Assembly (NCBI RefSeq): GCF_009914755.1
Contig: NC_060926.1
Direction: 5' to 3' (one strand)
DNA: 64,000 nucleotides
Origin: the human T2T-CHM13v2.0 reference genome, Homo sapiens
Below the pieces are notes generated by a model that made no database searches, was not told the origin of the DNA, and saw only the letters and a list, made by a program, of their open reading frames with translations. Each line of letters begins with the position of its first letter. The stretch's first letter is position 1. A program made the translations under genes and the position numbers. Positions 30,809 to 44,559 of this stretch are shown here, one piece after another.

Positions 30809-31989
30809 CTTGGAAAGCAAAAATGGGAAATTTGCAAATTTTTTAGAATATGATGATTGGTCCACAGATGACATTCTTTCTGTGAGGGCAGTGGGTAGAT
30901 TTTTCAAAGTGAATACTTTTGGTCCTTTAATGCTTTGTTTTGATTCATCTTATGGGGAAGTTTGGAAGGCATATTAAGATGTTCTGAATTTGAACTTGGA
31001 TCTCTTTCTTAAGAATCTTGGAGAGTCATCTATTTTTTATGGTGTAGGTAAAAGATGCCTGGAAAATGGGAGATAGACTAGCTGTCCCTGAGGAGGCTTT
31101 CACCAAAGATTCTATAATAATATACAACCAAATCTCAGAGAGTGATTCTGTCAAGGTTATGCTCTGGGATATTGGTTTGTTCTCTAACCTCTTAGAAACA
31201 ATTTCCACATTACCTGACTTCCTCTGCCAGAATCTGAACTACTTAGACAATACAAAAATGATGATGACATGAATAATAACTTTAAAAAGTGTTATCATTT
31301 TTTCATTATTAAAATTCCATGTCCCATGACAGGTATAAGTACCTACACTATCCTTATTCCTTTAATCTTCATTTTGTGTTCATATTTATCAACTAAATTG
31401 AAGCTCTTTGAAGAAGGGATCTAGGTGTGATAAATAATCATTTTATCATAAATAGCACTTAGTAGAGACACTTCAAATATAATGGTTTTATCTGGATTCG
31501 TAAAACTGTAAACTCTTCACAGGGAGAGACACTTTAGCTTAAATTTATCCCAATTTTCACTATTTTACCATGAGCCATAAACAGCATAGGTTCACTTAAA
31601 GAGTGGTATCTGAAATTGATTCAGCTTCCTGAATATCCACAAAGTTTTCCACCAAGACATCAAACTCTGACCATTTATTTGGGAACATCAAAAGTTCATC
31701 TTCACCTATAATTACACCTTGTATGGATCCTGCCTGTCTTGTTCATTGCTTAATCTCTTGTGTCTAGCAGAGTAAATGCTCGGTAAGTATTTGTAGAATA
31801 AATGAAAAAGAGTTTTACATTAACATCTAGCTAAATTATTATTCATACTGCCTACTACCAAAAAAAGACACACAGTGGCCTGCAACATTAAAATATATAC
31901 AATATAAGACAAAACAGAAAAAGAATAGATTAGAAAAATAGGAAAGAAAAACAGATGAACCAGAAATCTGGGTGAATTGATCACTGTCA

Positions 31990-32376
<387 letters not shown>

Positions 32377-32377
32377 C

Positions 32378-32581
32378 TTTTATTTTTTGAGACGGAGTCT
32401 CACTCAGTCGCCCAGGCTGGAGTGCAGTGGTGCAATCTCGGCTAACTGCAAGCCTCCCGGGTTCACGTCATTCTCCTGCCTCATCCTCCCGAGTAGCTGG
32501 GACTATAGGCGCCCGCCACTACACCCGGCTAATTTTCTTGTATTTTTAGTAGAGACGGGGTTTCACCGTGTTAGCCAGGAT
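32378..32581 (-). mobile_element. 5'-truncated AluY inserted antisense at the 3' end of the AluJ
   Basis: CpG-rich; Y diagnostics (ttcaccgtgttagccaggat); TSD atgagaccttgtc(c/t)ctttt at 32363-32381 and 32580-32598. Confidence 0.93.
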
Positions 32582-32939
32582 GAGACCTTGTCTCTTTTTT
32601 AAAAAGAAAAGAAAAAAAAAAAGGAGGTAAACAGTTTCTTGGCACTGAATTCTAGGAAAGAAATTTTTTTGCATGAATTCTTATATGTGAGATGGTAGAC
32701 AAAAAAGTATACAGGATTTTTAACTTTGTAAAAAAAATTGTAAAATGTCTTCCAAGTGGGTACTTCTAACATCAGTATCTACAAAAGTCATATGGGTTGT
32801 TTATTTTCACTATCACTACCCAATAATTTATTTGCTTCTTATGATCATTCCTGTTTTATGACAAGAAAGCTATGTCAATGGTACAGGAAAAAAATTATCT
32901 TCTTCTTTGGAATGGTTGGTAGACATTTACCTAATTAAT

Positions 32940-33016
32940 AGCTGGTTGAACTGCATGAAATTGCTGTTTTTATTGAATATTGGTAGCTTCATACATATTG
33001 GTAGTTCAACTTAATA
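32940..33016. mobile_element. MADE2-like mariner MITE
   Basis: Palindromic ends ggttgaactgcatgaaattgc / gtagcttcatac...gttcaacttaata. Confidence 0.5.
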
Positions 33017-33450
33017 TAATAGCTTTATCAAGTTGTTTAGGTTAAACATAAGGGGTAACTCAATCCTGATTTACTCATTAGAATGTAAGCTTCCTGAATG
33101 TAGTGACTTGGCTTATCTCATTTACTGTAGAAACCTTATTGTCTGGCACATGGTAATACACTTCCTAGCGACTGAATAAATGAATGCTTTACCTTTGAGT
33201 TATTTCAAGAAAATCTTTCATGCAGAATGTAACACAAAGCTTAAATGACATAGTAGAGGAATCTATGATCAAGTTTCAATCATTTTTATAATTTGGGGGA
33301 TGAAAACAGTCTCCAAATTCTTGTATAAGCACGGTACCGATCAAAGTCATAATGTATTGCTTGGTTGGAGCCTCTATTACATCAGACCAAATTAATCAGT
33401 ACCTTTCTGATCCTGACAGTACTGTCTAGACAGGAACATATTTTTTAAAT

Positions 33451-33755
33451 TATAATTTAATTTAATTTTTTGAGACAGGGTCTTGCTCTGTCACTCAGGC
33501 TGGAGTGCATTGGCATGATCTTGGCTCATTGCAACTTCTGCCTCATGAGCTCAAGCAATCCTCTTAGGTCATCCTCCTGAGTAGCTGGGACTACAGGTGT
33601 ATGCCACCAGGCCTGGCTAATTTTTGTTTTTTTTTGTAGAGACAGGGTTTTGCCATGTTGCCCAGGCTGGTCTTGAACTCCTGAGCTCAAGCGATCTTCC
33701 CACCTCAGCCCCCTAAATTGCTGTGATTACAGGTGTATGTCACTGCACCTAGCCA
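33451..33755 (-). mobile_element. AluJ
   Basis: Antisense dimer. Confidence 0.93.
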
Positions 33756-33949
33756 GATATGAGCATATTTGGCAAGAAAAGTCAGATCTCTGTAAGCAAT
33801 AAATTTACTTGATTTGAAATCTATTATGATTTTTTGGAAAATTTACAGTTCCTCTTACTCATCACTTGTAAAAAAAAAACCTCAATTTCAATTTGTTTCC
33901 TGAAGATAAAAGAAGCACAGGTCTTCATTATTTCACTTGCTTACTTGGG

Positions 33950-34195
33950 TTTTTGTTTGTTTGTTTATTTTTATTTTTGAGATGAGGTTTTGCTGTTGCC
34001 CAGGCTGGAGTGGAGTGGTGTGATGAAAGCTCACTGCAGCCTCTGCCTCCTGACCCTCTTACCTCAGCCTCTGGAGTAGCTGGGTTAGTTGAGTAGTTGG
34101 CTAATTTTGTGTATTTTTTATGGAGACGGGGTCTCACTATGTTGCCCAGGCTGGTCTTGAACTCGGGAGCTCACGTAATCTGCCCCCCTTGGCCT
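33950..34195 (-). mobile_element. Degraded, 5'-truncated AluJ
   Basis: Antisense Alu with deletions. Confidence 0.85.
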
Positions 34196-34984
34196 TTACT
34201 TGCTTACTTTGTATTTAATATTGGCAATGTCTCCATAGTTGCCTTTTTTTCCTTTTGCTGTCTACTTTATTTCTTAGCATGTTTGTTCCTGATCTTGTTC
34301 TTTGAGGAACTTTTCCTACTTGGATTCCAAGCTTTTCATTATAAACTAATCTCTTAGGTTTTCTAGGCACTGTGTGTGCAAAGTGTATACAGGAATTTAT
34401 GTTTAGGTAACACAATTTGTTTTCCACCACATTATAATGATCTAAAAGAATATTTAACTTAAATGCCTTATCTGGAAGGAGTGGATATGACAATGACACA
34501 CATGCTGTCATATGCATGTCAACTGGGTTAGGTCTCCAGGGGTAGGAATAGATATGAACCACATCCATTCCACTGTTATTCACGTGAAACTAAAGGTATT
34601 CATTTGCAAGATGGGTAGAACCACTAAGAGGTTAGTTAGTGGGATACATGTGAGAGTTTGAAGACAGCATTTTAATTTTTATTTTTTAAGTAGGACAAAT
34701 AAGATGGATAAAGTTTCAAGACATAATTTCAATAGCTCTTGAGACAACTGAGTCCCAGGCAAATATACATTTCCCCATATTGTAATTTTTCCTACAGAGA
34801 ATGTATTGATTATAGCATGCAATGACAATGATTTAGTATTTCCTTGGTTCTGCCCTTTTGGAACTTTATCCATTATGTATAATCATGAATAGCGTAACTA
34901 TAACTGAAATAAAATTTAAGCCTTTTCATTTAATGTTTAGCATGTGTAAAACCTCACATCTGATCAACATCAACATTAGATAAC

Positions 34985-35240
34985 TAGTTTAGTTTACACA
35001 ATTTTATTACCAACAAATCTATCAGCACTCTTGCATCTGAACCCATATTTCCCCCCCTTCTTCTCTTACAATGAATGAACAATCCTTGTCCCATCATTTC
35101 TGCACTTAATTCCACTCCTTTGTGTATACTCAAGGGCATTATTCCTGCAATTATCCCTTTTCTCCCTAAAATCATCAACTTTTCCCTCTTTACTGGATCA
35201 TTCCTATCACCACATAAATGTTGCATTATCTTTCAATTAT
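34985..35240 (+). mobile_element. L2 fragment
   Basis: ctccctaaaatcatcaacttttccctctttactggatcattcctatcaccacataaatg. Confidence 0.6.
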
Positions 35241-35535
35241 TCTACTACTGAGTAGTATTAGGGCACAAGAAAGGGAAGATGGGCATTGGAGCCATAGAAG
35301 GGGTTACAGCAACTTTTGGAAATTATACAATTTTACTTAATTGCATTTATATAAACAGGGGTAAAATTTCTGCCACTATTGCCTATGTAAACATTCTTCA
35401 CACGTGTGTGTGTGTGTTTGGGGGCTGATGAAATACACATCCCTACTGTCTACTATTATCATAGGAGTAAAATACTGTTCCACGAAGTTTTTCTCTACAC
35501 TGAGAACAATGTTGCAAGGCAATATAATAGAAAGT

Positions 35536-35615
35536 CATGCCATTGCACTCCAGCCTGGGTGACAGAGTGAGACTCTGTCACAAAAAACAAACAAACAAAC
35601 AAACAAACAAAAAAC
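35536..35615 (+). mobile_element. Alu 3' stub with (AAAC)n tail
   Basis: catgccattgcactccagcctgggtgacagagtgagactctgtc. Confidence 0.88.
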
Positions 35616-35624
35616 AGAGTAAAA

Positions 35625-35815
35625 GCTTCAGTTTTGTCATCTGGAAGATTTGGGTTCACATCTTGGTTCTACTATAAACTTTGTGATACTGAATGAGTCA
35701 CTTCATAGTTCTGAGCCTCAGTTTCTCAACTATACAATGGTAATGATAATACCTGCTTTACAAGTTGTGAGGAATGAATGAATAATACACATAATACACA
35801 TTAAGCACATTGACA
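35625..35815 (+). mobile_element. MIR
   Basis: gagtcacttcatagttctgagcctcagtttctcaactatacaatgg. Confidence 0.75.
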
Positions 35816-35831
35816 TAAAAATCACAGATCA

Positions 35832-35990
35832 GGGAGGGAGGGGAGCATGGGTTGAAAAACAACCTATTGTGTACTATGCTCACTATCTGGGTGATGGGAT
35901 CATTTGTGCCCCAGCCCTCAGCATCATGCAATATACCCATGTAACAAACCTACACATGCAACCCTTAATCTATAATAACAGTTGAAAAAC
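35832..35990 (+). mobile_element. Short L1PB-type 3' end
   Basis: 3'UTR match; perfect 13-bp TSD aaatcacagatca at 35819-35831 and 35991-36003. Confidence 0.85.
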
Positions 35991-36082
35991 AAATCACAGA
36001 TCACAATACTGGAAAAGAGCTTTAGAAGCAATATGCTTCACTTACATATGAACTGCAGTGGATAATGGTGAACCTCAAAAAA

Positions 36083-36975
36083 AATATCCAATCTATAAGG
36101 AACTTGAATTTATAAGCAAAAAACAACCCCATTAAAAAGTTGGCAAAGGACATGAACACTTTTCAAAAGAAGACATACATGTGGCCAAAAAGCATACGAA
36201 AAAATGCTCAACTTCACTAATCATTTGAGGAATGCAAATCAAAACCATGAGATACCATCTCATACCAGTCACAATGGCTATTACTAGAAAGTCAAAAAAT
36301 AACAGATGCTGGTGAGGTTGCAGAGAAAAGGAAATGCTTATACACTGCTGGTGGGAATGTAAATTAGTTCAGCCACTGAGGAAAGCAGTTTGGTGATGTC
36401 TGAAAGAACTTAAAACAGAATTACCATTAGACCCAGCAATCCCATTTTCAGGTATATACTCAAAGGAATGAAAATCATTCTACCATAAAGACACACACAT
36501 GAAAATATTTTTCCGAGCACCATTCACAATAGCAAAGTCATGAAATCAACCTAAATGCCTATCAATGGTAGGCCGGATAGGAAAATGTGGTACATATATG
36601 TCATAGAATACTATGCAGCCATAAAGAAGAATGAGATCATGTCCTTTGCAGCAACCTGGATGGAGCTGGAAGCCATTATCCTAAGTGAGCTAACACAAGA
36701 ACAGAAAACCAAACACCGCATGTTCTCATTTTTATAAGTGGGAGCTAAATATCGAGTACATATGGACACAAAGAAGGGAACAAGAGGCACTGGGGCCTAC
36801 TCCAGGGTGGAGGGTAGGAGAAGGATGAGGACTGAAGAACTGCCTATCAGGTACTATGCTTACTACTTGGGTGACAAAATAATCTGCACACTGAACCCCT
36901 ATGACATGCAATTTACCTACACAACAAACCTGCACACATAACCCTTGAACCTAAAATAAAAGTTAAAAGAAAAAA
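36083..36975 (+). mobile_element. L1PA16-like 3' fragment inside the MLT1C 5' LTR
   Basis: ORF2 C-terminal remnants (YYAAIKKNEIMSFAATWMELEAIILSEL) and PA15/16-type 3'UTR. Confidence 0.9.
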
Positions 36976-36985
36976 AGATATGTTC

Positions 36986-37277
36986 GGCTGGGCACAGTGG
37001 CTCACGCCTGTAATCCCAGCACTTCGGGAGGCTGAGGCGGGTGGATCACAAGGTCAGGAGATCAAGACCATCCTGGCTAACACGATGAGACCCCATCTCT
37101 ACTAAAAATATAAAAAATTAGCTGGGCGTGGTGGTGGGCACCTGTAGTCCCAGCTACTCAGGAGGCTGAGGCAGGAGAATGGTGTGAACCCAGGAGGAGG
37201 AGGTTGCAGTGAGCCGAGATCACACCACTGCACTCCAGGCTGGGCGACAAAGCAAGACTCTGTCTCAAAAAAAAAAA
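36986..37277 (+). mobile_element. AluY/Sc-like element
   Basis: ccatcctggctaacacg diagnostics; TSD aaagatatgttc on both sides. Confidence 0.95.
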
Positions 37278-37836
37278 GATATGTTCAAGTCTTAATCTCC
37301 AGTACTTAGGAATGTGACCTTATTTGGAATAAGGGTCTTTGAAATCATCCTGGATTAACTGGGTAGACCCCTGAACCCAATGATGGGTATCCTTAAAAGC
37401 AGCAGAAGAGTAGAAGACATGAGGAGAAGACAGAGGTGGAGACTGGAGTTATGTAAGTCACAAGCCAAGGAATTCTAAAAACCATTAGAAGCTGGAAGAG
37501 ACAAGGAAAGAGTCTCCCTTAGAGCCTTCAGAAGGACAACGGCTCTGCCAATGCCTTGATTTCAGATTTCTGGCCTCCAGACCTGTGAGGGAATAAATTT
37601 CTTTTGTTTTAAGCCACCAAGTTTATAGTAATTTTGTTACAATAGCCATAGGAAACTAATACAGATTTTGCTAACTACAACATAAGTGCTGTTGTACTAA
37701 ATACCTAAACATGTAGAAGTGGCTATGGAATTGGGGAATGTGCAGAGGCTGGTAAACTTTTGCGGCAAGTGATAGAAAAAGCCTAGATTGAAGATATTCT
37801 TGGTAGGAATATACACAAACATTAAACACAATTCAG

Positions 37837-37880
37837 GGCCAGGCGTGGTGGCTCACACCTATAATCCTAGCACTTTGGCA
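37837..37880 (+). mobile_element. Alu 5' stub (about 44 bp) inside the MLT1C internal region
   Basis: ggccaggcgtggtggctcacacctataatcctagcactttggcag, then MaLR-internal sequence resumes. Confidence 0.8.
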
Positions 37881-39579
37881 GAAAACTCGGCTGAATTATG
37901 TACAGTTGAGTAGAAAGTAGAGCTTGTAAGCAATGAATTTGTATATCAAGCTGAGATTTCCAAGCAAAATGTTGAAGATGCAGCCTGATTTTGCCTCACT
38001 ATTTATGGTAAAATGTGATAGAAAAGAGATAAATTGAAAAAGGAAATCTTAGGCAGAAAGAAACCAACACTTAATGATTTGGAGGGTTCTTGGCATATAC
38101 AGATTGCAAAGGATGCCAAAATTAGGAAACTTACACTTAAAGAAAGTATGCTGTGGATATCAAGCCAAGGGTGTGGCTGGACAACCTTTTGCTGAAGAGA
38201 CTTGGCATGTGTCTCATTGATCCACTCAACCATCTCAGCAGAAGCCAGAAACAGATGGGGTTATCCGGTAAAGATCTATGCAGGACCCTTCTGTCTAGTG
38301 GCAGGGATCCCTGTGACATACACAGGACACCTACAAGGTTTTAAAGAATGCTGTATCAGCAGAAATACTGCCAGCTTAGAATAAAGGGAATGGAGACAAG
38401 ACAAAGTGAAGGATTGCTGTTGGGCTTAACAAAATTCTATAAACAGAAAAATGGGCTGATAAAGCTACTTAGCTGCAAATATATACTACCCTTTAAGAAA
38501 AGGAAAGGATGACTTCTAGGTCAGAGCCATGGGTGCAGAAGTAGACACTCATGAAGCCACCACAGGCCTGGAAGGCAGCGCCAAGAGCCATAGATAATTA
38601 GTTCCAGGCCTTGAAATCTAATGTAAATTGCCTTGCTGGATTCAAACTTGCTTGGAACTGGTGGCTCCTTTATTCTCTCAGTTTCCCCCTTTTGGAATGA
38701 AAATGTCTATTGTATCCCTATCCCACCACTGTATTTTGGAAACAGATCATTTCTTTTCTAAGTTCATAGTTCCACAGGTAGAGAAGAATTTTGCCCCAGG
38801 TTGCATCATACCCAGAGGGCCACCCATATCTAACGTAGATGATTTAGGTGATGAAATGTGGGACTTTTGAGCTGATGATGTTTAGATGAGACTTTAGACT
38901 TAGAGTTAATGCAATAATGGATTGAGACTTCTGGGGATGTGGGGAAAGGCTGAATGTGTTTTGCATGTGGAATAAATGTTAATTTTTGAGAGCCAGAGGA
39001 TAAACTACATTTGGTTGGATGGTGATACCAAAAAAGATTTGTCCAAGTCATAACCTCAGGTATCTGTGAATGCGAGCTTATTTGGAAACAGGATCTTTGT
39101 AGATGTAATTCAGTCAAGGATCTCAAGGTGAGACCATTCTGGATCAACTGGGTAGGCCCTAATTAAATGACAAAAGTCCTTAAAAGAGAAAGAACAGAAG
39201 ACATGAGGAAAAGAGGTCATATAAAGACCGAGGGAGAGATTGGAGTAATACAAAGCCACAAACCAGGGAGCTCCTGGGGCCACCAGAAGCTGAAGGCAAG
39301 GAAGGATTCTCCCTTAGAGGATTTGGAGGGAGCACAGCCTTTCTGATATCTTGACTGTGGCCTCCAGAACGGTTAGAAATAAAATTCTTGCTTTAAGCCA
39401 TTAAGTTTATGGGTAATTTGTTATGGCAGCCACAGGAAAGTAATATCGCAATGAAGACACTATCAAATCATTTTGCAGATAGGGTGACTAAAGTTTAGAA
39501 AACTTAAGTGAGTTCAGTTCATAGAAAAAGCATGAAATAGTTGATCTTTGCAATTGCTGCTTCAGGGTAGAATGAAAAG

Positions 39580-39900
39580 TAACTGGAATGGGAATTAGAT
39601 TAGGGTTCTAGCTCTGGCTTTAGCTGTGTGACTGGGCAGATCACAAATTCTCTGGGCATTAGTTGCTAGTTCTGTAAAACTGAGAGTAGAGGTAATGAGT
39701 ACAGGTTAAGTATAGTTTAAAACTGGCTGATCATCTGAATCGTGTTGGAGACTTACTTACAACTATAGATTCTCAGCCCTCATCACACTGCCCCTACTCC
39801 CAACCTGCTAAATGCAACTTGAGAAATCAGCTCTGAAATCTATCTATTTTTACAAAGCTGCAAGGTAATTCAAGATTAACCAAGTTTGGGAATCACGGAG
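39580..39900. mobile_element. MIR fragment followed by a MER5A-like DNA transposon
   Basis: tagctgtgtgactgggcagatcac; tttttacaaagctgcaaggtaattc...ccaagtttgggaatcac. Confidence 0.55.
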
Positions 39901-41442
39901 CTAGATGATTACTGAATCCCTGCTAGTGCTAAATTTTATATTTGGGATTAGAGACATATTATCATAATTTCAGCACTTAAATATTTGCATGGATTGAGCT
40001 GTGTATATGTATGAACACAAGGAGGCTGAATGTAAAAGCAGGTATCTGGAATCTATTTATTCCAGGTTCCAGGGGCATGGAATTTGGGCCTAAAGTAACC
40101 CTCAATATCCTTTGCTCTGCATAAGCAGTCACTGTCCCTAGGCTGACTCCCTCATGCCCCATCTCATCATGTTCTGGGAACAAAATGACTATGCAAAGTG
40201 TTTTCTCTCCACAAAGACAACGCACATATGTGACACGACACAGGCCAGGTGAAACAGGTATCATTCAAAGTGTTTGAGTACAAACCAGTCCTAACATGGA
40301 TTTGCCACATCTGAGAATAATATTCACAAAATCTTTTCCATCTTTTAGAAGTCACGGAGCTTAAAAAAAAACCATATCTTTGTTTCTTAGCAAAGGATCT
40401 GTTTGACTAAATAAGTTAAAACAACAACAACAACTCATGCTTAGGTTATCTTCTTGGCTCTCAGATTAACCTTTTTCTTCCCTGAATTTAATCTCAAACA
40501 GACAATATTAGTATTGGATAAATTACATTTGTTTTAGAGCCTAAATTTAATCATTAAAATTAATTGATCCTGAGTAAGCCCAATCTTAGCAGAAGGAAAA
40601 ACCACTATTAATCTTTGGTCATTAAATCAATACTGAAGGCAATGTATTATTCTAATGTTTACCGCTAGCTTAATGCAGTGTGTTAACAAGGCCTGTTAAC
40701 ACATAAAGCTTGAATTACATGTCTGTCAGCTACCAGAATATCCTTATGGAGACAGGATTTGTGAATTCTGCAGAATTAGTATGACTTAGAAAGATCAATG
40801 AAACACTGATGCCTTCCTATTCTGAGGAAGATCAAAGCAGGAGTTATTTTTTTCTGTTCATTTCAAACCACCCAATTTCCCAGGGCTGGGCTAGTCAACC
40901 ATAGCCGACATAGCCATGGGACAGTACGAGGTTGATGGGAGGGGGTCACATGGTCCCAGACAGTTTTCTAGTTCCTACAACTCCAGTCTCTTTGAAGAGT
41001 TGGAGTTAAATGGGCATAGAAATATCTCAGTCAAGTGCTAGGACTCTTCCCACGATTCTGTTTTAAGTCCTGCAAAAAGGGCATTCTCTGGGAACTTCCA
41101 TCCTGAAATTTTTAGAAGGAAATTGGCTTACTCACTAAATTTCATAGTCTTTTAAGTAATTTAAGGCTAAAAGCCTATATATGATTAGATTATTACACAT
41201 TCTTTAAAGCTAAATGGTCCACCATTCTCGCAACTATTTCTTTTTAAACTCTCAGACTAGTCTGACAGAGGCAGCAAGAAAACAGTGTTGTCTTTACAAG
41301 TCAAGCATGAACAGTACCAAAGCATTTCTTATCTCTCTTATTAGTCTGTGAGCTCCTTAACGACAGGGTTGATGTTTGTTTTATCTTGATGTTCTCAGCA
41401 CTTACGCCAGGGCTCAACATGGAATAGATGCTCTATGAATGC

Positions 41443-41778
<336 letters not shown>

Positions 41779-41944
41779 TAAGAATGCTTTTAGAATAAAT
41801 AAATGAGTGAATAATTATAATAATAATAAAAGGTTTTAGAAGGCCCAAGTACATACAAAGACAGTAATTATTCCATGAAGAATTTTAAACTTGGCTTTTC
41901 TTGTCACTGCAGCTGTTACTGCTTCCTAACCATCCCCTGCTAAC

Positions 41945-42770
41945 ATTAATTTCAAAATTTTCAAACATACAGATAGTTGAAAGAATTTCACAGTGAACAT
42001 CCATACACTCACCATCTAAATCTACAATTTACATTTTACTATATTTTATCATATATATATTCATCAACTATTCTTTGACACATTTTGAAGTAAGTTGTAC
42101 ACAATTTTATCATGATACAGAGTTCAATACTTGCTTACAGTTCTACTTTTTATTTTGAAGTAAAATTTATATATGATGAAATGCACAAATCTTAGGTATA
42201 CAGTTTAGGTGTGTTCTGAGAAATGCATACACTGATATAACCCAAACTCCTATTAAGGTAGAATATTTTGATCACCCAGTACCACCTCTCAGAGGCAATC
42301 ACTGCTTTGATTTTTTTCCCACCTAGATTAGTTTTGTTTGATCTATGAATTATAGATTGTCACCTGTAAAATTTCACATAAACAAGATCATACAGTATGT
42401 TCTCTTTTGCATATTTCTTTCATTCAGTATGTTTTAGAAATGTGTCCGTGTTGTTGTGTGTATCAGTAGTTATTTCTTTTTTATTGAAGAATAGTATTCA
42501 ATTGTATGTATATACTACAATTTGTTTATCCATTCTCATATTCATGAACTCTTGGGATCTTTCATCTTCTTTAAATTACTAATGCAGTTGCTATGAACAT
42601 TCTTTTACAAGTCTTTTCGTGGACATATGCTTTCATCTTGGATAAACAACTATGATTGCATGTGCTGGGTTATAAGGTAAGTACCTGTTTACTTTCATAA
42701 GAAACTGCCAAACCATTTTCCACAGTAGTTATACCATTTTATATGCCTACCAACAATGTATGAGAGCTCT
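41945..42770 (-). mobile_element. Old L1M (MD/ME) 3' fragment
   Basis: gctatgaacattcttttacaagtcttttcgtggacatatgctttc, aagaaactgccaaaccattttcc. Confidence 0.7.
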
Positions 42771-42876
42771 AACTGGGTTGCTATAATTAGCCAATTTTTT
42801 ACTGAATAATTTAGCTGCAGCTAGTGTCACCCTAGCATGCCATGCTGGATTTTTTGCTTTGAAAGTGTAGCAGTGC

Positions 42877-43218
42877 GGCCAGGCACAGTGGCTCACGCTG
42901 GTAATCCCAGCACTTTGGGAAGCTGAGGCAGACAGCTTGAACCCAAGAGTTCAAGACCAGTCTGGGCAACATGGAGAAACCCTGTCTCTACAAAAAAATA
43001 CAAAAATTAGCCAGGGGTGGTGGTACACAGCTGTAGTCCCAGCTACTCAGGAGGCTGAGGTGCGAGGATGACTTGAGCCCAGAAGGTCAAGGCTGCAGTG
43101 AGCTGTGATTGCGCCACTGTACTAAAACTTGGGTGACATAGTGAGACTCTGTTGAAAGAAAGAAAAGAGAGAAAGAGACAGAGAGAGAGAGAGAAAAAGG
43201 AAGAGAGAAAGAAAGAAA
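42877..43218 (+). mobile_element. AluJ with tail converted to a GA-rich microsatellite
   Basis: Dimer; TSD aaa(g/a)tgtagcagtg. Confidence 0.93.
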
Positions 43219-44559
43219 ATGTAGCAGTGATTGAGCTCCCTCTTCATGTTTATATATAATAAGGTTTATATATGATAATAAGCAGTCACTAGTCAATTTA
43301 ATTATATATTATAGAAATGTAGCTATATGAAGGGAAATTGAACTATGTGTATATCCAAGGGGGATGCTATGGTCCATGGAGACTGTTGAACTTCCAGCGA
43401 TATCACAGGGTGAGGTGAGGTTGATGAGGGCATTAAGAAAATACGTAACCTACTTCTAAAAATCCATTCTTTGTATCCAGCCTGTAGGATAACAGAAGTC
43501 GTATCCAGTTTTGATTGTGCGAGGCAACAATTATGAGCAGAGTGTCATTAGCAAAACCTCTGTGAAGTTGTAAGCAACTGATTTAAAATATGTCACCACA
43601 CAGATCAAGTTCAAAGATTCCCTTTTCCTGCCCCATGGCCAATAATCTAGACAGGATTTCAAACACCCTGAAAGTGTAACGGAAAAGAATATCATATAAA
43701 ACACAGGCTCCAGAAGACTCCGGCAAGGGGAGTGGGGGAGTAAAAATGAGCCATCCAGATAATTTGATAAGAGAACAGAGAAGATTTTGGCAATTTCCTT
43801 GTAATAGCCGCAATTCTTGGTAACTTAATCCTTGAAGGGATGGTATGGGGAAGATATTCCCACATGCAAGAGGGGATTCCAACAGAATTCCTATTAAAGA
43901 GACTATCCACCAAAACCGAGGTCTTATTTTCTATCTGGTGATAATCTACAGAATTTCTTTTCTCTAAACCATTGATTTAGAAATATGAAAGTTACTAAAT
44001 TTACCCAGTTTAGAACAACTATAATTCTGGTTACTCTGCATGTGTCTGTTGCATGACATCTGTGATATCATGACCTCCCTCTGTCTGTTCTTCAGAGACA
44101 TGGAAAGATGAATAAAGAGTTTATGTTGACAAGGTCTATAAACTAAGCAGTTCCAAACATACTCTTGCAGGCTCCCAGAATACAAAGAAAAAAGTAATCA
44201 CTCCAAATGACCCCCAACTATTTAGAATTTCATACCATCAAGTCAGATGAAGCAAAATTGCTACCACCTGTAAAGATTCAAAGAAATACAAAAATCACTA
44301 AGAAGAAGGAAAAAAAAGTGGCAGATGTGCTTGGAGGGAGGCGGAACAAGTAGAAGAACATGGTTGGAGCACCCCCTCCAGGGAACTCGTGATCATATCA
44401 GAGACTGAGAAGTCCAGCCAGATTGGAAAGTTCTAAAACAACATGCCTTATCAATTCTCATACTTATAATTTTAAAGAAAAGTTTGTTTAAAAAGTACAG
44501 ATCTTTTAGAATCATAGAGTTGAAGGCTGGAAGGAGTTTGGGTTTGCCTATTTACAAAA

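Larger units (their letters stand above)
36054..39446 (+). mobile_element. MLT1C-like MaLR provirus: 5' LTR (36054-36082 plus 37278-37663), internal region (37664-39005), 3' LTR (39006-39446)
   Basis: Two homologous LTRs (gaatgtgaccttatttggaa / gaatgcgagcttatttggaa; ggaaactaataca / ggaaagtaatatc) around MaLR-internal-like sequence. Confidence 0.8.
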
